From: Cenococcum geophilum | Lineage: Eukaryota | Reading direction: 5' to 3' | DNA: 64,000 nucleotides | NCBI GenBank assembly: GCA_050273025.1 | Contig: CP158635.1 | Location: 4,712,001-4,776,000 of the forward strand | Shown: piece after piece, positions 51,501-63,589 of the stretch | How the letters are laid out: the number at the start of each line of letters is the position of its first letter | How positions within the stretch are numbered: the first letter of the stretch is position 1 | Translations under genes and position numbers: made by a program | The notes under the pieces: generated by a model | Databases searched by the model: none | The model's input: only the letters and a program-made list of their open reading frames with translations | Told to the model about the DNA's origin: nothing

Positions 51501-54500
51501 GAAACGCGAAAAATAAAGTCTACTTAAATCTTATCCTGTAAATATTTTCCCAATGCAATACGTTTTAGCAAGGGTACTATAATCTCTCTTAGTATAATTA
51601 GGGTCTAAACCCCCTTAGGGTATATCACCTTTTATGTCGTTTCTATAAATACCCCGTTTCTATTTTATATTAAAGATATAAATAAATTAGGCGTTAAGCT
51701 TAATAACCTTAAGGATATACTTATTTAGGGAGATAATTAGGTGCCCGTTATACGCAAGTAGGGTCACCCTTAGTTGCTCCTTTATTAACTAAAAAAGAGT
51801 ATTACTTAAAGCTACCTAACTAAGTTAGAGTTACGTCAACTATACCGTCGTTTTAGCCACCTATCTATTTATTAATTGCTTAAAGTTCTTTAGCAAGTAG
51901 GCTATAAAGTTAAGGTTAAGGCAATTAAGCATCTTATAAAGTACTATTATTACTACTAAATAAACCAGAAGTCCCCTAGCCGATTTAAGTTTACCCTTAA
52001 AGATAACTACGACTTTAACTTCTATATTATCGTTAACGTTATATATCTTAGCGGCAAGCTAGTACTCTAAGTTATTAACTTCTTAACCTTTTTTTAAGCC
52101 GTACGATTCTTAAAGGATATATTAGCTAGGAACGCATAGGATACCCTTTAATTATACTAGATTAATGTCTACCTAGGACCCCCTAATTAAATTATCTATA
52201 ACGTAGGAAAGAACTTCTTATCTATAGAGTTTTGATAATAGATAAAGGCAATAGCAATTAAGGTTAAGGAAGTTCCTATTAAGGTATATAATAGCGTCGG
52301 AAAAGTAGAGCAATATTATACGTTATTACGCCGCGTATATAAGATTATCTCTTTAAAACTAGAGGATGCTAGCAAAGAACTTACCTTATAAATAGCTATT
52401 AAAGCTATTAATAATTCCGCTGGCCTAGATGGACTTATACCTATATTACTAGTCTTTAGCGCCTACCCTTAAATAACTAACAATTCTCTACTATCTCCCT
52501 CCGTCGTGCAATAAGCTAAGGCTATTCGTAAGGCAATAAAGGAGGTGTAATGTCTCTACGCTATAGGCTAGGTTAATAATATACTAGGAATAAGAAATGG
52601 CCTAAATACTTTAACTACGCTTAATCTACCACTTTAGTCTAAGGTACGCGTATAGCGTAAAAAGGGAGGATAGTTAGGCCTATATTAACTTATTATAATT
52701 AATAGTTAAACTTATACTATTTAAATGCCTTATGGACCCACTTAATTCTATTTAACTATTATTAAGCCTTACTATAAAGATAACAGTTCTAAGCCTTTAT
52801 AAGATGCTATAGAAGATACCCTAAAGGAGAGCTACAATTAACGTGCTTTAGAAGGCGACCATAATTCTAATATAATTATAGTAGATAAGCCGCAACTATA
52901 ACGCGGTAGAGGTCGCCTAAAGGGATTACGAAATTACTAACATCTTATTAATTTTAAAAAGCAATTAATTGCTGCCATTAAGAATAGAGTTAAGCTATTA
53001 ATGGCCTTTATAACAGCTAAGAAAAAGGCTAACTTTAAACTTGTAAAATAGCTTTAAAAGGAAGGTTGTATTATAACTTTAGAAGCTCCTTTCTAAGTAT
53101 CTAATAAGTAGGAGATTTATAGCCTTATCGCAAGAGAAGTCTTTAAATTTAAGAAGTATGACCCTACTAAATTCGATAGAGTCCGCATCTTTAAGTTAAG
53201 AATAGTTAATAAGATTAAGGGCAAAGCTACTAACGCCCTATTTAAGAAATTAAGGCTTATTATCTAAGGCTACAACGACAATAGTAAGGAGGTAATTCTT
53301 ATATAATCTCCCACGATTTAACGAGCTAGTTAGCGAGTTATTATTATACTAGCTCCCTCCCTAATAAAGAATAGAATAGCGGTCTACCTATAAGATATTA
53401 CTTAGGCCTATACCTAATTAGAGACGCACCTTTAGCGCTTAATATTAGCATACCTTCTAGAGCAAATTCGCTACTAGTATCCTAAGGATACGATTATAGT
53501 TATACTTAAGCTATTATATAGAATCGCAGAGGTAGGAACTTACTAGTGGGCTACCTATAGCAAGCACTATAAAGAGAAGCTTTTAATAACTACTTCTATA
53601 TTCGATCCCTGCTTCCTTATTATAACTATAGAAACTCTATTTAGAATTGTTAGCATATAAACTAATAATATAATTATCTTAGGAGACAACTAATTCTTAG
53701 CTCTTAAAGAGGATAAGCTAGTAAAGGTAAATCTTATAGTAAAGCTAAAGGAAAAGCTTAATTTAACAATACTATTACTCTTTAATAGATGCATCCTCTC
53801 CCTAAATAAGGATTCTATTACTTTACGCTAGAAGGGTTAAGGTAAGAAGATTAACGTTATTAACATTAATTCCCTAAAGCAAGGATATGTGGAGTAACGC
53901 GCTTGCGGAGCTTATATTGCTTCTATCTATTAACCTAAGGCTTTATTTAATCTCTTTATTGCCGCCTAATACTAGGAACTAATTAAGGATAATATTTTTA
54001 CCCTAAATAAACGTCTTTCCTAGTAAATAAACTATCTTAACTAGGGACTACTCTATATACCTATTAATCTTCCTACCGCTAAGCTCTTTATATTTATTAA
54101 TAGATCGTTTATAAATAATAAAGATTTTAGCTCCTAGTTACGGTATAAGATTATTATTATAAACAAATTTACTAGAGAGAATGACTTTATAATTTATGGC
54201 AATCTTATCTATTAGAGCTTAACTAAGAGTAAGCGCATTACCCGAAGTATTTTAGCGTTAGAGATATATAAAATAGTTGGCGGAGTTAATATAGTAATTA
54301 TAATTAGAACTACCCTAAAGATAATTATAGATCGGCTCGAACTTCCCGTTATCCCTATAATTATATATACCGACTTATATTCCCTCTATAAGTATTTAGT
54401 TAAGCTTAGTACTATAAAGGAAAAGCGTCTTATAATCGATATTATGGCACTTTAGCAATCCTATAAGCGTTAAGAACTCTTTAAGATTTAATGGATTAAT

Positions 54501-54835
54501 AGCTAAGATAACTTAGTAGATATAATAATAAAGGCGAACCTAAATAAGGTACTAGAGACGTTTGTTAATATAAATACTTTATATATATAAGTTAAAGGTT
54601 AGGTTAAAAGGGAGTCCCTAGAAATTTCTTAGTTATATAAGGTCTTAAGATATCTAGGAACTTTAACCGGCGATTAAAGTTATTTAATTAGTTAGATTCT
54701 CTTACTAAGACTTTTTAGGGAGGGGGGAGTATAACATTTTATAGACCCTAACTTAACCTAGCTAATTAGGATTTTCTATCCCCGGGATAGAAAATCGCTA
54801 TTGGCTTGCTTATTACTAGCGCCTTAGCGGCCCTC

Positions 54836-57800
54836 TATTACGAACGCTTTAAGTACGATGTTATAACTACTTAGAGAAGAGTTAAAAGAAGCTAGTTAGT
54901 TAATTCAAGCACGGTCTAGGATAAAGCCGATAGAGCTATATAACGAGGAATGGTAACCAAGGTCATATAGGGTAATCTGTATAATCTATAGGATCTATAT
55001 AATCCGTAACGGAGCAGATAAAGCATACGTACATCATATACAAGAAGGATTTTATAGGAGTACGGTTGTGTATTTAAGGACCCTTAATCCCTACCTAGAC
55101 AGTTCCTTCCTTATAGTAATTCTCAGAATACAATTAGAGTTAATTTATTAGGCAACCACTCCACCAGTTATTATTACGTTGTTAACTTTTATACTTACAT
55201 TTTTTATACACCTAGCCTAATAACAAGCCCACCGTAGTTCCTACTATAAGGTTCCGTTATACAATCACTACTATAGTTACAGTATTAAATATAGAAAGTC
55301 GAATAATATGCTACTAAAAGCACTAGCTATAACGCCATTAACGGCGGCAACTACTTCGAGATTAGGCAACGACACTAGTATAGCAGACACTAACTTATAG
55401 CAACTAGTAACGGTCGGACAACTATAAGAGATAGTTGACTAGTTAACAGAAAATAATGCGACGTTAGAAAATAGGATTAATGGGATAGGCGTAGTAAAGG
55501 TTAAGTTACTATTAATCGAAAGGTACTTAGGAGAGAGATTAAAGCTTAAAGGATTCCTTATATAAATGCACTTTAAGGTAATATAGGAAGGAGTAAAGCT
55601 GGCAACACCTATAGATCAAATAGCCTATATAGGACTATTCTTAATAGGAAGGGCACTTAAGTGGTTTAAGCCTTACCTTACCAAGATATAAGCGAATGGC
55701 ATAATAACTACTAACTAAGAGGTACGGTTTATATTCTTAAGCTAGAATAGATTTATAGAACGACTTACACAAATATTTAGAGACCTGGAGGCAGTAACTA
55801 TGGCGGAAAGAAAACTCCAAGACATTATATAATAAACCTTAGCAATTAAGTATATAACGCAATTCTAGACGTTATTAATATAAGTAGAGTGGAATAATAG
55901 GGCGCTTATAGTATAGTATAAGCAAGGACTTAAGGCTAAAGTCTAGGACGCGATTATCCTAATGGAAGATGCGGACACCCTAAGGGAACTAATAGATTAG
56001 GCGATTAAGATTAATAATTAGATCTACTAAAGGGAATAGGCTAAGAAAGGCTAGGATAGAGTTCTATAGTTATATAAGGCGTAAGGTACGCAACGGTAAA
56101 AGCTAAGTTAGAAACTATGGTATAGCGCAGAGCTAATAGACCTAAGTGGTACTAGAGAAGCCTATAAGAGATAGGGTAAGAAACTATAAAAACCCAAAGG
56201 ACAAGAATTAAGTAATTAAAGGTCTAAGGAGCAGAGGCTAAACTAGGGATCTTAGTAGTAAAAGACGTTTAGGCGGACTCTATAGCAAGAAAAATGGTTT
56301 AAAGAAGAAGCTTATATAAATTACGGAAAATAGGGTTATTACGTTAGAGACTATAGAAGTAGGTAAAGTTACTACGTAGTAAAAGGGATAAGACTAGCAG
56401 ACAATATATATGTATAGAGGGACGACAATATGCTATAAGGAATAAAAGAATGTTTAATTAAAAGTTTTACATTCTGTTATAATAACGCATGCCAAATTTA
56501 TAAGGACGCTAAGTATGGTGCAAGCTATTAGCTATAGGAGCTATTACTTATAGAATATAGAGGAACCAATAAACTAGTTCGCAGATCGGATATTAAGGAT
56601 AATAACTTTAACGTAGGTAAAATATTTCATAACAATAAGGCAACGAAAGCGGCTTACTAGGGGCGCGCAGACCTTAGAGATATTATACCAGAGGTAGAGG
56701 ATAATTCCACTATAGAATAGGGAACATTAGTAGGGATTAAGACCCCACTAGACACGATATCTATCGCTTTACAAGACGTAAGAGAAGTAGGATAGCGAAC
56801 TACTTTGGCACTTAATAAAGGCAAAAGGCTAAAAGCTTAAGACTCTTATAATAAGATGTAAGATGACTAAGATTCTTAAGATAAGATAAGGCAAGCTTAA
56901 GGACCTATAATAGATAATAACCGATAGAGCAGAGCAACGGCTTAGTTTACTAGTAATATATAAATAAGCTTAGGACGAAGTTTCCTAAAGATATAAGACT
57001 CTTAAGACGAGATAAGTGAGATTTAAAACTCTTAAGACGAGATAAGAACACTAAGTAAGCCTAGTTAGACTAAGGCTAGAGTAAAGCTTAAGATAGAAGC
57101 AAGCTTAGAATTAAGAATCTAAAGGGGTTAAGAATTCGGAGTATAAATAAAGACACCTATAAACAGGAAACAAGAGGCTTTCTTATAGATTAGAGAATTT
57201 ATAACGTAAACAGTAATTAGATTAGGAGACGAATATATAAACCTAGAAGACTTACTAGTAAAACACGGCGTTTAGACTAAAGATTAAAAAGTTAATACTA
57301 AGATTAAGAAGTATAAAGACTTTAAGGATTTAAGCGCAAGACGCAAACTAAAAGAAACTATAGAAGAATTTAGATAGAGAATTATTGTATAGTAAGAACA
57401 GAAACTAGATAAGAGATCTAGTATATTAGGACGTATAAGGGACAGAGCGCTAGTATAAAGAATTACTAATAGGCCTAGGGTAGGCACATTAAGAGCTAAG
57501 TGGCTTACTAAACTAGAAGATAAAGAGGATCTAGGAATCCCTACTAGGTTCAAAAAACGATATATAAAAGGCTGTTATAATATAGTAATAAGAAGATACT
57601 TCCTTACGGACAAGCCGTATATACTCTAGTAGCTATACTAAAAGTAGTATAGACAACGACATAACGATAAGTGGGAAGATTTCTATATGTGGTTGGATAA
57701 GAAAGTTATCTAGGACCACCTAATTACAAAAAAGACTATGACTTACATTAAGGGAGCCTTAATTATAACGTTAAAGGATCTAAAAGAGCGTTTAGAGGAC

Positions 57801-60800
57801 TAGAGAAGCGAGAGATATATCTTAATACCCGTAAATAAAGTTATAACGTTTAGATCGGTATAATAGAGGTTTAAACTTAAGGATAAAGACGAGCTAAGAG
57901 TTAACCTAAAGCACCTAGTATACTATACGCTATTATAGATCGTATATGTGGACGACATATACAAAATGCATAAAAATCCGAAAGAAAAGAATCGGAAATA
58001 CCCTATAAGAATATATTGGATAATAGACGAGCGATAATATAGGAATGCTATATATATATATAGATAGCATCCAGCAGAAGTCTAAGAAGAAGGAAGTTTA
58101 GTACTTTAACTAGGAAGATTCCTTACGGAAGAATACTTAGATAGATAATAGTGGTAGAAATGCCTAGAGAATACGTATCTATAGTATATTAAAAATAAAA
58201 AATAAACTAGGTATTAGCTAAAGAGTAAGCTAAGTATAATAGGATTAAGTAGCTAATAGTTAGGAAAAGTAGAGGCCTATAGGACTAGAGGGAGCTAGTA
58301 GTAGAGCCTTAGACCCTTAAAGGAATTTAAGGATAATACCTAAATTTATATGGCAAGATTAGCAGTTTAAAGCGCTAATAGATAGTAGAGTAACGCAGAA
58401 CTATATTTTACTAGTAGTAGTTAAGAGAATGGGACTACCTTATAGACAGAAGGAGCAATCTTACCTATTAGTTACGATTTTAGGAGATCCAATAGCCTAT
58501 AAAGGAGGGATTATTAATCTTAAAATAGGACCTATTTAGATAACTATTAAAGGGAGACAAATTAAGATATCTTTTAATATCCTACCATTAGGACGGGATA
58601 AGGCAGTATTAGGTATACCTTAGTTACAGAAATATAATCTAAAGATCGATTAAATTATAGGTTAAGTCGATATTAAGGATACTTAATGCTACAAAATGCG
58701 ATAATAAGCCAAGTTAGTATAGTACTAAGTAGGGGCGACCTATAAAGAAATAGAAAAAGGACTAAGTTATGTACTAAGAAGATACTATAAGTATAGTAAG
58801 AAACTATGGTTACCGGAAAGTAAAAAGCTGTTAAAGTATATAGTATAGGACTATAAAATAGAATTAGAACCAAAAATAAGTCTAAGGTTCTTTCTAATCT
58901 ATAAGCTTACTAAAGAGGAAGGTAGAGTACTAAAAGAGTTTATCTAGGAAAACCTACAAAAGGGATACATTAGACTATCGCAGTTATTAGCAGGATATCT
59001 AGTACTATTTGTACTAAAGAAGAATAGTAAACTAAGGCTGTGTATTAACTATAAATAGTTAAATAGCATTACTAGGAAGGATAGGTATCCTTTACCCTTA
59101 ATTAGCGAGATCTAAGATAGGATAGGTAATACGTAAATCTTTATAAAGATAGATCTAAGATAGGCGTACTATTAGATTAGAATTAAGGAAGGCAACGAAT
59201 AGAAGGCAGCCTTTAGGTCAAAGAAAGGACTATATAAACTATTAATTATGCAATTCGGGCTTATAAACGCACTAGCGACGTTCTAGAAGCGTATTAACAA
59301 TGTATTAGGAGAATACTTAGATAAGTTTATTATAGTATACCTTAACAATATTATTATCTACTTAATAACTAAGGAAGAATACGGGGAATACGTTAAATGG
59401 GTCTTAAAGAGATTATAAGAAGAATAGATGCTAGTAGTAATTAAGAAATGCAAGTTCTTTACTAAGAAGACCGATTTCGTCGGATTTATTATTAAATTAG
59501 GCCAACTTAGTATAGATCTAAAGAAAATTGAGGCTATAGCGAATTGGCAAGAACTAGAGAACGTTATATAGTTAAGATTATTTTTAGGGTTTTGTAATTA
59601 CTGCAGAAGGTTTATAGCGCAGTAGTTAAAGGATATTAAACCATTTACGCGGTTAACAAAGAAAGAAGAACTATAGGTATAGGGAGAGGAATAAAGAGAA
59701 CTCTTTAAGAAAGTTAAAGAGTTGTTTACCTAAGAGCTAGTTCTTAAGATCTATTAACTAGGATTAGAGACGGTTATAGAAATAGATGCATTAGACTATA
59801 TACTAGGGGCGTACTTTATACAGAAATATTAAAATAGATGGCACCTAGTAGTATACTATAGTTGGAAGATAATACTACCAGAATTAAACTATAACATTTA
59901 TAATAAGGAGTTATTAGGTATAGTTATAGCACTAAAGAAATAAAGAGCATTCTTATAAGGCACGGAAAAACTATTTATAGTTAAGACGGATTATAAGAAC
60001 CTAATAGGATTCTTAATAACAAAAAAACTTAACTAAAGACAGGTTAGATAGGCAGAGATACTTATAGAATACCATTTTAAGATTTAGTATACTAAGGGAA
60101 CAGACAATATATAAGCAGATGCTCTAAGTTATAAGGCTAAACTATAAAATAATAAAAAGCTATTAGGGGCTTTACTATAAAAAGATATAGATAAATTAAT
60201 TAAATATAATTATCTGAAAATTATAGTAACTTAGGAGAATAACGAGTTAGAAAGAGTTTATAAGTTACTAGGAAGCTTTTAAGTATAGAGAATTCTAGAA
60301 GTATAGCTAGAAGATCTATAGACGGATATATATAAAAATTATAAAGCTAAGTATATTCTAAGAAGCATAGTAAAATAATTTATGGAAGAATTCTATAGGG
60401 GATTAACTTAAGGATATAATAGGGCTATAGGCTTAGTGTTAAGACTCTAAAAGGAGTATATTATTAATAGAATCTAGGGCTTAGCGTAAAAAGTTATAAA
60501 AGAATATTTAGATTACTAAAGGAATAAACTAATAAGATATAAGCTATATGGAGGGCTATAACCTATTAAAACACTAGAGAGACTATAGGAGGTCATATTA
60601 TAGAACTTTATTATTAAGTTGCTAAAGTTAAAAGACCCTATTACTAGATAAGATTATAACACAATCTTAGTAATAGTAGATAAGCTTATAAAGTGGGGAT
60701 ACTTTATAGTATATATAGAAGAAATCTTAGCGGAAGATATCGCTAGAATTTATATTAAAGAAGTGTTCGTAAAATATGGAGCACTAAGTAAAATTATATT

Positions 60801-62810
60801 AGATAGAGATCTAAGATTTATAGTAGTATTCTAGGAAGTATTCTTAGTAAAGTAAGGAGTTAGAGTAGTAACTTCTACCGTATATTATCCGCAGACAGAC
60901 AGTTAAACGGAAAGATTAAATTAGATACTAGAGCAGTATTTAAGGTACTATATTAATTATACACAAAATAATTAGGTATTACTATTACTAGTTATATAGT
61001 TCGCATATAATATAACACCTTAAGAAGGAATAGGCATATTACTATTTAAGGCAAATTATAGATATAAGCTAAGGATATTATTATTACTATAATAAGCAAA
61101 GAAAACGAGTAGTATAGTTAAAGAAAGGATAAAGACGTTAATAAATCTTTATACAGACCTTATAGAATTAGTAAAGAAAGTATAAAAGAGAATAAAAAAG
61201 TACTATAATGCTAAGAGATCTAAGGGACCAGATCTTAAGGAGGGAGATAAAGTATAGCTACTATATAAAAATTTTAAGAGTTAACGACTAAGTAAGAAGT
61301 TAGACTATGTTAGACTAGGACCTTTTAAAATTACATAGAGGATTTTACTGGTTACGTTTAAGTTAAACCTACTAGCTAAAATAAAGATCTACCCTATATA
61401 GTATATTGCAATGCTAGAGCCAGTATATAGGAATATTAAGCCACTAGTTTATAAAGCAGATACGTATAGAGGATAAAAAGAAGATAAATAGTAAGTTTCG
61501 AAGATCGTTAGTTATAAGGATATTAACGATAAAATATAGTATAAGGTTAAGTGGATAGGCTACACTAAGACTACCTAAGAGCTACTAGAAAATTTAAAAA
61601 ATGCTATAAAAAAGGTATAGGAGTATTAGAAGAAATTAGGTTAGGTAGTATTAATAAAGAAGGATTGTTAAAGAATAAGTTACCTAAGGGGGACCTAAGA
61701 AGAGTAGTTGCCGAACTACTTAGATCTATTTCCTTCTTTATTAGAGGAGAATCCGTTTTTTCATTACTAAGTTCCTATAAACCCTATTCTATAAGTTTCC
61801 ACTCCTTAAAATATACCTTCTTATACACCTTCTTAAGACGGATTAACTAAGTAGATGCCGCTAGATGAGACTTAAGGGCCCGTTGCTAAGTATTAGCAGC
61901 CTCCCGTTTAGCGTCCCGGAAATAGCGTAGTTCTACTAAAGTAATAGATAGTTTATTATTTAGCCGCGTAGTAGTAGATTAAATATAAGACGCTAAAATA
62001 AATTAATTAGGGAACTAAATAACTACTAAGAGTAATAGGTCGCGTATATTTAGTATTAGAGATAAAGCGAACGTTATAGGATAAATAAATATTTGCTTTA
62101 GTACACTCTAAGTAAAAAAATGGTTATCGCGAAGATAGGTTCGCTAATATAATATAGATTAACCCTTCTTTTAAATAACGAGAATATGGAGACGGTATAA
62201 TCTTACTAAGAGATAATATTATAGTAATAGTGCGAATACGACGAGCAGTTAAGGAAGAAGAAATTGCTTTAGGTATAATAAGTAATAATATTAACTAAAT
62301 TAATTAGATGGACCTTATACCTCTAGTAAACAACCTAAAGATATTAGGAATCTTTAAGGATAAAGATAGAGAGGAGGGAGATAGTATTATAAACGCTTTA
62401 AGTATAATATTATAACTACTTAGAGAAGAGTCGGAAGAAGCTAGTTAGTTAATTTAAGTATAGTCTAGGATGGAGCTAATAGAGCTATATAATAAGGAAT
62501 AGTAATTAAGGTTACGTGGGGTAATCTATATAATCTATGGGATCTATATAATCCGTAATAGAGTAAATAGAGTATACGTATATTACGTATAAGAAGGATT
62601 TTATAGGAGTATGGTTGTGTATTTAAGGACCCTTAATCCCTACCTAGATAGTTCCTTCTTTGTAGTAATTCTTAGAATATAATTAGAGTTAATCTGTTAG
62701 GCAACCACTCCACCAGTTATTATTACGTTGTTGACTTTTATACTTGCATTTCCTATATACTTAGCCTAATAACGAGCCTACCGTAGTTCCTGCTATAAGG
62801 TTCCGTTATA
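54836..62810 (+). mobile_element. Ty3/Gypsy chromovirus G3 (complete, ~8 kb, RIP-inactivated), inserted in the 3' UTR of A3
   Basis: 426-bp LTRs at 54836-55261 and 62385-62810. Perfect TSD CCCTC. Polypurine tract AGAGAGGAGGGAGA (~62368-62381). Gag from ~55307, protease (~58380), RT (LRLCIDY ~59032, QFGLxNA ~59250, YL[DD] ~59338), RNase H (ETDAS ~59778), integrase, chromodomain YxVKWxGY (~61540-61565). Confidence 0.94.
61605..62276 (-). pseudogene. Antisense ORF in the 3' region of G3: six-cysteine zinc-cluster-like motif plus coiled coil
   Basis: RIP-reverted minus-strand reading MPKAISSS..ARRIR…MPSPCSRCxKEGLxCxxxxxxSSRxPxxCxECTKANxxxxCDVRS, then a helical region (ELRxFRDAxREAA); meets the pol end tail-to-tail. 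Confidence 0.6.
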
Positions 62811-63197
62811 CCCTCTAAAAAAGATACTTATCTATAACTCCTAAGTAAGAGAGCACTACGTGCTAAGAGGTAAATTTTGGGACAGCGAGACTTATATTAT
62901 AATAGTAATAGTAAGTAAGGAGGATTTATATTTATTATAATAGTTAAGCAGTATTTATATATAGATGGCAACTATAAAAAAAGAGTTGCTAGTGTTAGGA
63001 ATAAGGCAAGTTGCTGTTACGTATAGTAAACTGCCGTCACGTGATGGCAAGTTGCTATCACGTGTCGCCGCGGCACTAGCGTGGCGAGGAGCCTTAAGTT
63101 CCTCGCCCTCCCTTATTCTATTAATAAGCTTTTTAACTAATATTACTGTAACCTACTTAAGTAGTCGTTATTAGTAAGTTACTTTATATAACTAATA

Positions 63198-63589
63198 ATA
63201 ACTAATACCTTATTAAAGCTAGTAAGATTAGCTATAGAATATCTTATTTAAGTAAAGACACTACACGAACTATAGACCTATTCTTTTATAATAGCACCTT
63301 TATTAATTTTGAAATCTTTATCTCTCTATTAAAATAAATATATAATAACACTAGTTATAAATATATAGCTATTACTAAACTTAAAACCCTATAATAACGG
63401 AACCGAGACTTTACTAGCTTCTTTTTGGAATTTTTAGGCCTTATTAGTAAACTAGATTAAAATAAAGCCGCTAGAGTTACTGCTCTCTATTAAGCTATTT
63501 TAGATAAAATTAAAGTATAGTTAGTAGGTAGAGAACTGCTAAAGGACTTACCTAAATTTGCTATAATATATTAATAAATTAATAAGGAC
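63198..63589 (+). mobile_element. Gag fragment of a G1-related Gypsy (plus strand), the host of A3's 3' end
   Basis: 63375-63589 closely matches the reverse complement of G1 ~9286-9500 (CTAAACTTAAAA..ATAACGGAAC..GACTTTACTAGCTTC..AATAAGGAC). Confidence 0.85.

Larger units (their letters stand above)
41261..51540 (+). mobile_element. Plavaka-type (CMC superfamily) DNA transposon P, ~10.3 kb, inserted at the right end of X
   Basis: Ends TACAGGATGA (41261-41270) and TTATCCTGTA (51531-51540), i.e. RIP-mutated CACAGGATGA TIRs. Candidate 3-bp TSD AGT/AAT. Contains a Plavaka transposase relic, a SNF2 gene and subterminal repeats. Confidence 0.82.
31570..51555. mobile_element. Large TIR DNA element X (~9.7 kb without nested P), CMC-like (CAT..ATG ends, 2-bp TSD), carrying cargo genes
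   Basis: Left end TATCGGCAAAATA (RIP form of CATCGGCAAAATA). Right end ATTTTCCCAATG (reverse complement CATTGGGAAAAT). 2-bp duplication TA(=CA) at 31568-31569 / CA at 51556-51557. The flanks rejoin into an intact Copia reading. Short subterminal tandem repeats at ~31685-31750. Confidence 0.8.
31298..63197 (+). mobile_element. Ty1/Copia A3 (5'-truncated) in three pieces: 31298-31569, 51556-54835, 62811-63197
   Basis: 31298-31569 matches A2 ~14806-15078. The sequence continues at 51556 (…GGC CAA TAC ACA | ATA CGT TTT). It is then interrupted by G3 with TSD CCCTC. 3' LTR at 62993-63197. Confidence 0.9.
3330..63589. other. RIP-mutated AT-rich transposon block (AT-isochore)
   Basis: Strong TpA excess, CpA/TpG depletion and retained CpG. 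Paralogous copies differ mostly by C>T/G>A (LTR end TGACCAACA vs TAACTAATA). TE frames are full of TAA/TAG at CAA/CAG/TGG positions. Confidence 0.95.

Noticed and set aside
28167..51555. Possible Starship giant element (multi-gene cargo in a TE-rich region)
   Set aside because: No DUF3435 tyrosine-recombinase captain motifs were recognised. The boundaries are explained by short TIRs with 2-3-bp TSDs, which fit CMC-type DDE elements.
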